In this document: piece after piece, positions 9,141 to 17,600 of the stretch | How positions within the stretch are numbered: position 1 is the stretch's first letter | Layout of the letters: each line of letters begins with the position of its first letter | Assembly (NCBI GenBank): GCA_963741955.1 | Contig: CAVUKB010000005.1 | Location: 480,001-544,000, forward strand | Direction: 5' to 3' | Source: an uncultured Acidobacteriota bacterium | GTDB lineage: Bacteria; Acidobacteriota; Thermoanaerobaculia; Gp7-AA8 | Length of the DNA: 64,000 nt | The notes under the pieces: model-generated | Seen by the model: the letters and a program-made list of their open reading frames with translations, nothing else | Told to the model about the DNA's origin: nothing | Database searches by the model: none | Made by a program: the position numbers and the translations under genes

Positions 9141-10181
9141 ATGTACCCGCCACGTCCGCCCGACATTCGCGTTCGGCAGAACGCAGTCGAAGCTCCTCAT
9201 GTCGTGATTCTCGGCGCGGGAGCAAGCATCGCGACCTGCGTGAAAGGCGACCGGGGCGGGCGTCGGCTGCCGGCCATGGGCTCTCTCGTCGATGTTGTGG
9301 GACTTGGACCACTTCTCGATGCCGCCGAGATCCCTCTCGAGCAAAGATCGGACCTTGAAGAGTTGTACGGTTCCATGCTTGCCGACGCGCGTTTGCTTGA
9401 CCTGCGCCATGCGATTGAGATCAAGATCAAAGAGTACTTCGACGACATCGAGCTCCCGCGCGCGGTTACGCTGTATGACGAGCTTCTTCTTACGCTCCGC
9501 CGGAAGGATCTTGTCGCCTCGTTCAACTGGGACCCCCTTTTGATTCAGGCATTTCACCGCAATCGGCACCTTCGTGAGCTCCCCGAAATTGCATTTCTGC
9601 ACGGCAATGTTGGCGTTGGCGTGTGTCTCAAAGATCGCCGCAATGGTTTCTTTGGTGGTCGATGCGGCGCGTGCGGCGAGCTCTACGAGCAGTCGCCGCT
9701 CCTGTATCCAGTTGCCGACAAGCGGTATGACGAGAATCCTTTCATATCAAGCCAGTGGGCACGGCTTGAATCAAAGCTGAGCGACGCATTCATCGTGACC
9801 ATCTTCGGATACTCGGCGCCGGTATCCGATGTGCGAGCCCGTGAGCTCATGCATCTGGCTTGGAACGCGAATGGAGCGCGAACTCTCGCCGAGATCGAGA
9901 TTGTTGACATTCGACCGAGACGGGCACTGGTAAAGAGCTGGGAGCAATTCATAACCGGTGGCCACTATTCGATTCGAAAGCGCGTATCCGGTACCTTGGC
10001 GTTCCGTTTTCCGCGACGGAGTTGCGATGCATGGGGCTGGGCGGTGCTGCAGAACGATCCGTGGCGAGAGCGTCCACTGCCACGCTACGGCCGCCTCGAT
10101 CGCCTGCAACGATGGTGTGAACCGCTTGTAGTCGAAGAAGCTGAACACTATGACCGCGGAATGCCGCTCACGCAGTGGTGA
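9141..10181 (+). CDS. Cassette-borne SIR2-like domain protein (candidate NADase/defence effector)
   Basis: VVILGAGAS, SFNWD, FLHGNV, IFGYS motifs plus C..(RCGAC) putative Zn site; flanked by GTTGGGC (9085) and GCCCAAC (10191). Confidence 0.75.
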   Translation: MYPPRPPDIRVRQNAVEAPHVVILGAGASIATCVKGDRGGRRLPAMGSLVDVVGLGPLLDAAEIPLEQRSDLEELYGSMLADARLLDLRHAIEIKIKEYFDDIELPRAVTLYDELLLTLRRKDLVASFNWDPLLIQAFHRNRHLRELPEIAFLHGNVGVGVCLKDRRNGFFGGRCGACGELYEQSPLLYPVADKRYDENPFISSQWARLESKLSDAFIVTIFGYSAPVSDVRARELMHLAWNANGARTLAEIEIVDIRPRRALVKSWEQFITGGHYSIRKRVSGTLAFRFPRRSCDAWGWAVLQNDPWRERPLPRYGRLDRLQRWCEPLVVEEAEHYDRGMPLTQW

Positions 10182-10190
10182 GAGCCGGCA

Positions 10191-10293
10191 GCCCAACTTT
10201 CGCACTGCACCGGCCGTGGGCCCGCACCGCGGCAAGCGAAAGAGTACAATCCCCGTGAGCGGGTCCACGCCGGTGAGCGCGGAAACGTTGGGC
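10191..10293 (+). other. attC site 4
   Basis: GCCCAAC-TTTCGC-ACTGCAC-CGGCCGTGGGCCCGC ... GCGGGTCCACGCCG-GTGAGC-GCGGAAAC-GTTGGGC; 103 bp. Confidence 0.88.
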
Positions 10294-10311
10294 GGCAGGA
10301 GCCACATTCGG

Positions 10312-10644
10312 ATGCAAAAAGCCAAGACGGTGACGGCGGCGGTATTTGGCGTGGGCTTGCTCGCCCTCGCCGCGCTCACGTTCGCGGAAGCTCGTGCCGC
10401 GCACCTCAGTCCGTCGGAATATCACTTTGGAAGCGAAGCTATGCTCTTCCACGGCGGCTGGATCTATCAGTCGCAGGCCTCGTACGTTAGGACGACCTTG
10501 CTGGAGGGAAGTTTGTTCCTAGCCGCGGGGGGCGCCTCGGTAGCGTTTGTTTTTCTAAAACGGTGGCCGTACGCAGCGATCGCACTGATCGCGGCGCTCG
10601 TCGGAATCGGTGTCCATCTCAGTGCAATCGTGCCGGCCGCGTGA
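10312..10644 (+). CDS. Cassette-borne small membrane protein (110 aa, ~3 TM)
   Basis: AGGAG before the ATG; hydrophobic segments; bounded by GTTGGGCGGCA/TGCCGCCCAAC (perfect 11 bp). Confidence 0.7.
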   Translation: MQKAKTVTAAVFGVGLLALAALTFAEARAAHLSPSEYHFGSEAMLFHGGWIYQSQASYVRTTLLEGSLFLAAGGASVAFVFLKRWPYAAIALIAALVGIGVHLSAIVPAA

Positions 10645-10648
10645 TGCC

Positions 10649-10752
10649 GCCCAACTCGCAGTCGCACCGGACGCCGACCGCTGCGTTACTCCCCTCCCGG
10701 TTGTGTCATCATCGCGCGGCGGACAGCGCCGGTGAGCGCCGAGCCGTTGGGC
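10649..10752 (+). other. attC site 5
   Basis: GCCCAAC-TCGCA-GTCGCAC-CGG ... CCG-GTGAGC-GCCGAGCC-GTTGGGC; 104 bp. Confidence 0.8.
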
Positions 10753-10755
10753 GTC

Positions 10756-11150
10756 ATGACCCCCACAATCACCCAATCACCACGCGGCCCCTGACCGATG
10801 ATGAACTGCGCCTCGCCCGCTGGATGCTCGAGAACGGCGGTCCCGACGCACGCGCCTACCTCAGTCAACTCGAGGCATCAGAGGCGACAACGTGGCGTTG
10901 CCCCTGCGTCTGCGCGAGCTTCAACTTCAAGGTGCAGGGGAGGCAGGAAGCTCCTCCCGGTGTGCACATCCTCCGGGACTTCGTGTTCGGTTCTGAAGCA
11001 AACCTCTCGGGCGTATTCATTTTCGAAAGCAATCGCACCCTCAGTGGAGTTGAAGTCTATGGGTTGGCCGGGGATGCGCCAGCTGCCCTTCCGGAACCAG
11101 GGTCGCTTCGTCCTTGGGGCTCGCACCCGGAGGTGTCGATGAAGATGTAA
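10756..11150 (+). pseudogene. Last cassette ORF of unknown function; probable 5' frameshift, no closing attC
   Basis: The ATG at 10756 is out of frame with the protein-like RPLTDDELRLARWMLENG..CPCVCASFNF..GVFIFE..GVEVYG; a C run follows the ATG; next in-frame ATG is 10824. Confidence 0.5.
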
Positions 11151-11190
11151 AAGTGACCCACTGCGAAGTAGTAAGAGTTGACCACCTGAG
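11134..11190. mobile_element. Isolated IS21-like terminal sequence (remnant)
   Basis: TGTCGATG...GTAAAAGTGACCCA...AGAGTTGACCACC: TGT start plus two tandem binding-site-like repeats; no istA/istB nearby. Confidence 0.45.
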
Positions 11191-11292
11191 GGGAAGGGGC
11201 TCCGCCGGGGAGAGAGGCACGGGCGACCGTGCTGGGTGATGATTCCTCCGTCCGGAGGCGAGCGGAGCGAGCCGGAGGGCGCGAGGGGGCAG

Positions 11293-12082
11293 AGTCAGGC
11301 CTTCGCCCGTCGGCTCTGTTTGCTAAGTATTTGACACGACCTCACTTCGAGGTACGTTTCGCTGCGCACAATCCTGCGACTGCCACAGCCGGATCGCCGA
11401 TCTGGACCCACCGAGGAAGGCTTGCGGAGACGCCGACGATTCTATGAGGAGTAGAATCCACGGCGTCTCGTGAAGCCCAGGGTTTCTCGAGCCCATGCCA
11501 CGATCCACTTCGCCTCGGGTTCCCGGCGCGATCTTCCACGCCCCTGCGCACAAGGAAGTTCCGAAATGCCAATTACTTCTGAATGGTAACCAACAGGCAG
11601 AGCCCTGACTCTACTCACCCCGAGACAACATCGAAGGATCGCGTCATTTCTACGGAAAAACCTTCCGCCTTCGCCGCGGGTCATCGGAGAGTACTCGACC
11701 GATACCGATTCGGGGTTTGTTCAGGCCGGCGAACAACGTCTCGAGGCGAACGGAGCGATGAACGTGAAATCGGATTTTCGATCGTTCTATCGGCTGGTAG
11801 GCTTTCTCGAACTCGCTCTTGAAATTCCTGATCCGTACGAGAGGGCAGGGTCAGGCCTTCGCCCGTCGCTCTTCACGATGAGTGTCGGAGCGTTCGCCCG
11901 GGTGGAGCACGCTGTGAGAGCGCAGGGTCAGGCCTTCGCCCGTCGGCTCTGTTAGCTAAGTATTTGACACGACCTCACTTCGACGCACGGTTCGCTGCGC
12001 AGAATCCTGCGACTGCCACAGCCGGACCGCCGATCTGGACCCACCGAGGAAGGCTTGCGGAGACGCCGACGATTCTATGAGG
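11293..12082 (+). repeat. ~155-bp direct repeat pair (about 11293-11448 and 11927-12082) with a partial third copy at ~11848-11868
   Basis: GTCAGGCCTTCGCCCGTCGGCTCTGTT.GCTAAGTATTTGACACGACCTCAC...GACGATTCTATGAGG occurs twice with few substitutions. Confidence 0.9.
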
Positions 12083-12296
12083 GGTGGAATCTCGTTTCGC
12101 TGCTTTCGCGGCCTGCGGCCCCGAGACAGCCTCCTGGCTGGCGCTCGGCCGCAGCCGCTGAGCAGCAAACCGTCAGGGGCTCGGAAGCCGCCTTCGGCCA
12201 GGCTTTTATTACTATTCCATTCACCGTTCCCAGCGCGGGCGTGGCACCTGATCGGCCACTTTTGGACCCCACATCCGAACGAGTCACAGGAGAATC

Positions 12297-12926
12297 ATGA
12301 GCAAACTGTTCGTCAACATCGCGCTCAGCCTCGACGGCTACATGGCACCGGAAGGAATGACCATGGAGAACCCCGGGTATATGAATTGGGGCGCCAAGTG
12401 GGGCGCGCTGATGGCCTGGCTCCTCAATTCGCAGTACTTCCGCGAGATCCTCGAGCTCGGCCCCGGGGGAAAGACCGGTCCGGTCAACGACATGGTTCGC
12501 TCCACGTTCGAGCGCACCGGTGCCAACATCATGGGGAAGCGTATGTTCGACCAGGGTGAGGTCAGTTGGCCGGAGGAAGCTCCGTTCCACACCCCGGTCT
12601 ACGTCCTCACCCACCAGAAACGAGACCCCTGGGCACGTCCGGGCGGAACCACGTTCTACTTCATCAACGAAGGGCCCGAACGCGCGCTCGCGCTGGCTCG
12701 GGAGGCTGCTGGCAGTCGTGACATCCGCATTTCAGGAGGCGCGGATGTGATCCAGCAGTACTTGAACCTCGGTGTCGTCGATGAGCTGGAAATTGCCTTG
12801 GCGCCCGTGTTCTTCGGCGGCGGGCGACGACTCTTCGAAAACCTCAGCGAGCCCGGACCTCAGTTTCGCATCGACAAAGTTCTCGATGGTCCGGCCGCAA
12901 CGCACCTGCGATACGTGCATAAGTAA
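12297..12926 (+). CDS. Dihydrofolate reductase/RibD C-terminal family protein
   Basis: SLDGY, IMGKRMF, PVYVLTH, ISGGA..IQQYL..G.VDEL..APVFFGGG.RLF. Confidence 0.9.
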   Translation: MSKLFVNIALSLDGYMAPEGMTMENPGYMNWGAKWGALMAWLLNSQYFREILELGPGGKTGPVNDMVRSTFERTGANIMGKRMFDQGEVSWPEEAPFHTPVYVLTHQKRDPWARPGGTTFYFINEGPERALALAREAAGSRDIRISGGADVIQQYLNLGVVDELEIALAPVFFGGGRRLFENLSEPGPQFRIDKVLDGPAATHLRYVHK

Positions 12927-13809
12927 GCGTCACAGCAATTGCGGAGCAACTGAAGGCTCGGCGGTGCTGGTTCAGGATACCCGGTTGACCCGATACCTGG
13001 TGTTCGGTGGTTTCGAGTACACATTTCGATTTCCGCTGCCATTCTGTCGTCCGTGTGCGCCGACGATTCGGAGACGACCTGCATCACCACTCCACCAGCT
13101 GATGGTGTTCGGCGTTTCTTCGTCATCGGCCTCTAGATCGATACGATCGTCGGCATCCTCCTCCGGTCGTCGATCCTGATCGACCGTCCGTGGCCGTGTA
13201 GTCCATCTTCGCTGTCGGCGCGGCTGAAGCGATGGCCATCGATTACGCCTTCGCATTCATCCTTGGACTCGCCCTCACGAAGATCCGCCACTCACGACAT
13301 GTCGTCCGCTTCGCGGACTCCATGACTTTCCTGCCGTCTGCCCGTTCCCGGGGCTCACGCCCCGGGCTACAGATATATCGTCCGCTTCGCGGACTCCGTC
13401 AACCAGCGCTGCAACCGACCCACACGGCGCTGCGCCGCGCCACCAATCGATCGGAGATCTCTCCATTGTGCCACTGCCAACTCAGCATCACCCGTGTCCC
13501 GGCCAGAAACGGAGCGAAACGCCAGAACCACGCGAGCGTCCAGGCGTAAGCCGATGCGGGAGTGCATGAAAGGAACGAACGGCGGGGTACCGCCACCGGT
13601 GCCCCTCCGTTCGAATGCTTCTGTCACAGGCATCCTCTCGATCCGCTCCGAACGCGAGCGTCGCGGCGGCTTGCAAGTCCGCACTCCATCCGCTCAGAAG
13701 GCGATGATCGCAGCGGACTGCAGATCCGCACTCCACCCGCCAGCGCTCGGCTCGGTCCCTCCACCCGCCGATGGCCGCTCTCTCGAAGAGCCGACGATCG
13801 ACTGCCGGC

Positions 13810-14283
13810 TCACGAGACGCGCTCCTCCCGCCCCCGCGGCTCGTACCCTCCTACCTCCGTGCGGAATGAGATGGCGAGACGGTTCCACCCGTTGATGGTG
13901 ATCACCGCCATCGTCAGATTCACGAGCTCGCCCTCGTCGAAGTATTGTCTCGCTTCCTCGTACAACGCGTCGCTGACTCCGCCCCGCCCGATCTCGGTCA
14001 CCGCCTCCGTCCACGCGAGAGCTGCGCGTTCCCGCGGCGTGAAGAATGGCGTCTCGCGCCAGACCGGGATCGCGTAGAGACGCTGCTCCTTCTCCCCCGC
14101 CGCGCGTGCATCCTTCGTGTGCATGTCGACACAGTAGGCGCAGCCGTTGATGTAGGAGGCGCGCAGTTTCACCAGCTCGAGCAACTCGTGCTCGAGCCCA
14201 CAGCCGTCGACGTACTGCTGCATCGCAAACATGGCGCGGTACGCGCCGGCGTGGTCGTTCGAGTCATGGATTCGTTCGGACAT
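13810..14283 (-). CDS. Carboxymuconolactone decarboxylase/AhpD-family protein
   Basis: ELVKLRASYINGCAYCVDMH; FTPRERAALAWTEA; INGWNRL. Confidence 0.92.
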   Translation of the reverse strand: MSERIHDSNDHAGAYRAMFAMQQYVDGCGLEHELLELVKLRASYINGCAYCVDMHTKDARAAGEKEQRLYAIPVWRETPFFTPRERAALAWTEAVTEIGRGGVSDALYEEARQYFDEGELVNLTMAVITINGWNRLAISFRTEVGGYEPRGREERVS

Positions 14284-14299
14284 GTTTTCCTCTATTCTG

Positions 14300-14376
14300 A
14301 AGCATAGACGGATGGGGACCCGCGTTTGTGACGGCTCGAACGGTGTCACGAACGCGCGGCTCGTTCGTCTATGCTT
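14300..14376. promoter_or_regulatory. Back-to-back ECF41-type promoters
   Basis: Minus strand CGTCACA-N16-CGTC (14333-14307); plus strand TGTCACG-N15-CGTC (14344-14369); both followed by TATGCTT. Resembles the ECF41 consensus TGTCACA-N16-CGTC. Confidence 0.7.
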
Positions 14377-14381
14377 GCGGA

Positions 14382-15272
14382 ATGGAGACCGACCTTCGAT
14401 CTGGCGACCTCGACCATCTTCGTCCTCGGCTCTTCGCGATCGCATACCGGATGCTCGGTAACGTCCACGACGCGGAAGATCTCGCCCAGGAGGCGTTCCT
14501 CCGGTGGCATCAGTCGCCGCGGGAAGACGTCGTGCAACCGGAGGCGTGGCTGGTCGCGGTGGTCACGCGCCTCGCGATCGACCGCTTGCGGCGGAGGGTG
14601 CACGAACAGTCGGAGTACCCCGGACCATGGCTCCCTGAACCGATCGCTCCGGAGCGCGTTGCCCCCCCTCCCGATCGCAAGGTCGAGCTCGCGTCGGATC
14701 TCTCCATGGCATTTCTGGTCCTCCTCGAGCGGCTGTCGCCGGATGAGCGTGCGGCGTTCCTCCTGCGCGAGGTCTTCGAATACCGCTATGACGACATCGC
14801 CCGCATCCTGGAGAAGTCTCCCTCCGCCGCACGTCAGATCGTCCACCGCGCTCGCGAGCGGGTCCGCTCGGACCGCCCGCGCTTCGTGGTCGCGCCGGAA
14901 GTGACGGAGACTCTTCTCCGGCGTTTCGTCGCCGCGCTGGAGCGGGAGGACGAGGCCGAGATGATGGCGCTGTTCGCCCCCGAGGCGACGCTCACGAGCG
15001 ACGGCGGAGGAAAGGTCGCGGCGGCGCGTCGCGTGATCCGCGGCGCAGACCGCGTGGTCCGGATGCTCCTCGGCATCGAACGAAAATACGGCCATCCGTT
15101 CCGCTATCGGATCGTCGAGCTGAACGGCGAGCCGGCGCTCGTGCAGGACGTGTCGGGAGACGTTTTCTCCTCGACGTTCGTCGAGACGGACGGAACGCGG
15201 ATCCTCGCGCTGTACCGGGTGATGAACCCGGACAAGCTTGGCGATGTCCGCCCCGGCGTCGCCGACGCTTGA
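14382..15272 (+). CDS. ECF41 (SigJ-like) sigma-70 factor with SnoaL-like C-terminal extension
   Basis: AYRMLG...AED..QEAFLRW; WLPEP; DGGGK; NPDKL motifs. Confidence 0.93.
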   Translation: METDLRSGDLDHLRPRLFAIAYRMLGNVHDAEDLAQEAFLRWHQSPREDVVQPEAWLVAVVTRLAIDRLRRRVHEQSEYPGPWLPEPIAPERVAPPPDRKVELASDLSMAFLVLLERLSPDERAAFLLREVFEYRYDDIARILEKSPSAARQIVHRARERVRSDRPRFVVAPEVTETLLRRFVAALEREDEAEMMALFAPEATLTSDGGGKVAAARRVIRGADRVVRMLLGIERKYGHPFRYRIVELNGEPALVQDVSGDVFSSTFVETDGTRILALYRVMNPDKLGDVRPGVADA

Positions 15273-15479
15273 GGCCCCACCATCTCCCGGCGCGCGCGTT
15301 CGCTCGGGACGGAACGCCGACGTCGGAAATCAACACCCTTTCGACGGATACTCCTGCGGTCCGGACCGCGGTGATCTCGACCGGCGCGGAATACGCGCTC
15401 GTCTACGATACGGCCCTCATTTACAGTGAGCGCGCGAGTGCCCTGATGATGTCGCCTTCCCCCGAGGGCCCGCAAATCG

Positions 15480-15645
15480 ATACGCCGAACGCCTCGAGCA
15501 CGATTCGCTGGTCGGGTGTCCGCATGTACATCTGCCGTCCCGACTATCTGCTGCTCATCGATCAGTCGAATGGGGTGTTCGGTCTTCCCCGGGACTTCTT
15601 CGTTTCCGTCGAACAATTCCAGCTTGCGATGGCGATCGTTCGTGG
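15480..15645 (+). pseudogene. YcxB-like domain fragment
   Basis: SSTIRWSGVRMYICRPDYLLLIDQSNGVFGLPRDFF resembles YcxB C-termini; no credible N-terminus. Confidence 0.35.
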
Positions 15646-15807
15646 GCGCTCGCCGCGTTCCTGCAGATCGTCACCGAACGTCCTCTCCACGCGCACGTCG
15701 CCGAACACAACGCCGGCTCGATCCACGTCCTCGAGAAGTGCGCCTTCCGGTTCGAACGCGAGGAGGAGGGCGGAGAAATCGTCGAGCGGGTCTTCGTGCT
15801 CGAGTGA
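15646..15807 (+). pseudogene. C-terminal fragment of a RimJ/RimL-type GNAT acetyltransferase
   Basis: Manual translation ALAAFLQIVTERPLHAHVAEHNAGSIHVLEKCAF...VFVLE* (N-x-x-S-x-x-VLEK-x-x-F motif). Confidence 0.6.
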
Positions 15808-15829
15808 GGGGCTCGCTCCTTGCGCGACG

Positions 15830-16078
15830 GCGCGCCTCCCCTCTTCCCATCCGGGGTCATGTCTTCAGCGTAATCAATGATTCGGGCGAGGGGCGACGGG
15901 ATCTTCCTCATGCTGAGCGGGAGGGCTGAAGTTCATGAGTCGTGCGAGTGGCACGATGTCTCTTTGCTCGAGTTTCGACACAACTATCGGGGCTGCCCCT
16001 CACCCTGCCCTCTCCCCGAAGCGCGGACCTCAGCTGAAGACATGACCCCGGACGGGGAGAGGGGGAGCGGCGCGAGAG
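15830..16078. repeat. MITE/REPIN-like inverted-repeat element; relatives at ~5410-5495 and ~30740-30930
   Basis: CCGGGGTCATGTCTTCAGC (15851-15869)/GCTGAAGACATGACCCCGG (16033-16051) perfect 19-bp inverted pair; CCCCTCACCC..CCCTCTCCCC/GGGGAGAGGG motifs shared with the other copies. Confidence 0.7.
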
Positions 16079-16220
16079 GGAGTAGAAATCGAGCATGGGC
16101 AGGACTCGGACGCCGCTCGCGCCGATGAAGTCGCGGTTCGTCAGCCCCGCGGAAGACGAACTGGCCGCGAAGGCACGCGTACGAGATAATGCGATCACTC
16201 GTTGCGTTCGAGCGTCGACA

Positions 16221-16763
16221 ATGCGACCACTTCGCTATTCGATCAACGTCACGCTGGACGGCTGTTGTGATCATCGGGCGATCGTCCCGAACGAAGACGT
16301 ACACCGTGTCGCACTGGAGAATATCGAGCGGTCCGATGCCCTCCTCTTCGGCCGGGTGACGTACGAGATGATGGAGGCCGGCTGGCGAGGAACACCTGCG
16401 GAGCCGAGGCCCGATTGGATGGAACCGTTCGCCCGAACGATCGACGCGGCGAAGAAGTACGTCGTGTCGAGCACCCTGACCCGGGTCGACTGGAACGCGG
16501 AGCTCGTCCGCGGCGATCTCCGGACCGCCGTCGAGCGGCTGAAGCAGGAGCCGGGAAAGGGATTGCTCGTGGGAGGCATGACCCTTCCGCTCGCGCTCGC
16601 GGAGCTCGGATTGATCGACGAGTACGAGCTCGTCGTGCAGCCACGGGTGGCCGGCCACGGACCGACGTTGCTCGCAGGCCTCTCGAAACCACGCGACCTC
16701 GAGCTCGTGAGCCGGGTCGAGCTCGACTCGGGCGTGGTGGCGCTGAGGTACGTGCCATCTTGA
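16221..16763 (+). CDS. Dihydrofolate reductase/RibD C-terminal family protein
   Basis: TLDG, LLFGRVTYEMM, KYVVSSTL, GLIDEYELVVQP.VAGHGP. Confidence 0.9.
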   Translation: MRPLRYSINVTLDGCCDHRAIVPNEDVHRVALENIERSDALLFGRVTYEMMEAGWRGTPAEPRPDWMEPFARTIDAAKKYVVSSTLTRVDWNAELVRGDLRTAVERLKQEPGKGLLVGGMTLPLALAELGLIDEYELVVQPRVAGHGPTLLAGLSKPRDLELVSRVELDSGVVALRYVPS

Positions 16764-16818
16764 ACGAACCCGCCATCCACCACCGTGTCGGCGCGCGCAT
16801 CCGAGGTACAATCCGAAG

Positions 16819-17010
16819 ATGCCGACCAAGGTCCGCGAAGCCATCAGGATGCTCGAAGCGGACGGATGGTATCTGGTGAAATCGAAGGGTGGTCACCGGC
16901 AGTTCAAACATCCTGAAAAGCCGGGTCGAGTGACCGTTCCGGGAAATCCGGGCGACGATCTCGCAACCGGTACGTTCAACAGCGTTTTGAAGTAGGCAGG
17001 GCTGAAATGA
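16819..17010 (+). pseudogene. hicA: HicA toxin with a premature TAG 5 codons before the ancestral stop (58 aa if translated)
   Basis: MPTKVREAIRMLEADGWYLVKSKGGHRQFKHPEKPGRVTVPG...SVLK*AGLK*; TAG at 16993-16995; final TGA overlaps the hicB ATG. Not in the ORF track. Confidence 0.85.
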
Positions 17011-17234
17011 TGAATACCACGCATCGATTCCTGATCGTCATCGAGAACGCCGGCTCGAACTTCTCCGCGTATTCTCCCGACCTGCCTGGCTGCGTCGCCA
17101 CCGGATCGACTCGTGAGGAGACGGAGCGCAATATGTACGAGGCGATTCAGTTTCACATCGAGGGCCTGCGGGAGGATGGTCTTCCGATCCCGTCGTCGGA
17201 TTCGTTCGCCGAGTATGTCGTCGTCGGCGCATGA
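17007..17234 (+). CDS. hicB: HicB-family antitoxin (short form)
   Basis: FSAYSPDLPGCVATGSTREE...EAIQFHIEGLREDG.PIP. Confidence 0.9.
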   Translation: MMNTTHRFLIVIENAGSNFSAYSPDLPGCVATGSTREETERNMYEAIQFHIEGLREDGLPIPSSDSFAEYVVVGA

Positions 17235-17600
17235 CCCGCAGGAGAGTCCTGCTGCGACTTCTCGGACGGCTCGCGCCGCGGAGAGCGGCGGCGCGAGATG
17301 AAGCAGTTCGCGGGCTTCGTTCTGTTCGGACAACAGCTGTCCGATTTTGCATTCGGCCGACGACGCGAGATGCTCTCCAGGGTTCTCCCATGCATGTGGG
17401 AGCTGCTCTCCCGCACCGATCGCAATGCCGGTTGCGACCTGGTGCCGGAGCCGCTGCTCGGCAGCGATCAGGTCGCGCTCCTCATGTACGACCGCAGCAG
17501 GCACTTCCACGTCGAGAAGAAGTAGCGGAGCCGGCTCGCTGCGCTCGCCGATGCCACCGGGGCGGTCGCACCACACGAGGGGTGCAGTTGCAGTCCGCGC

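Noticed and set aside
11293-12082. Diversity-generating retroelement TR/VR pair
   Set aside because: Differences are few and not confined to adenines, neither copy is in a convincing ORF, and there is no reverse transcriptase in the window.
16993-16995. Pyrrolysine or genetic-code reassignment at the hicA TAG
   Set aside because: TAG ends other genes normally (for example 6521, 47423, 57138, 63610); a CAG-to-TAG nonsense change is simpler.
17298-17525. 75-aa ORF after hicB
   Set aside because: No recognisable motif; cannot be distinguished from debris.
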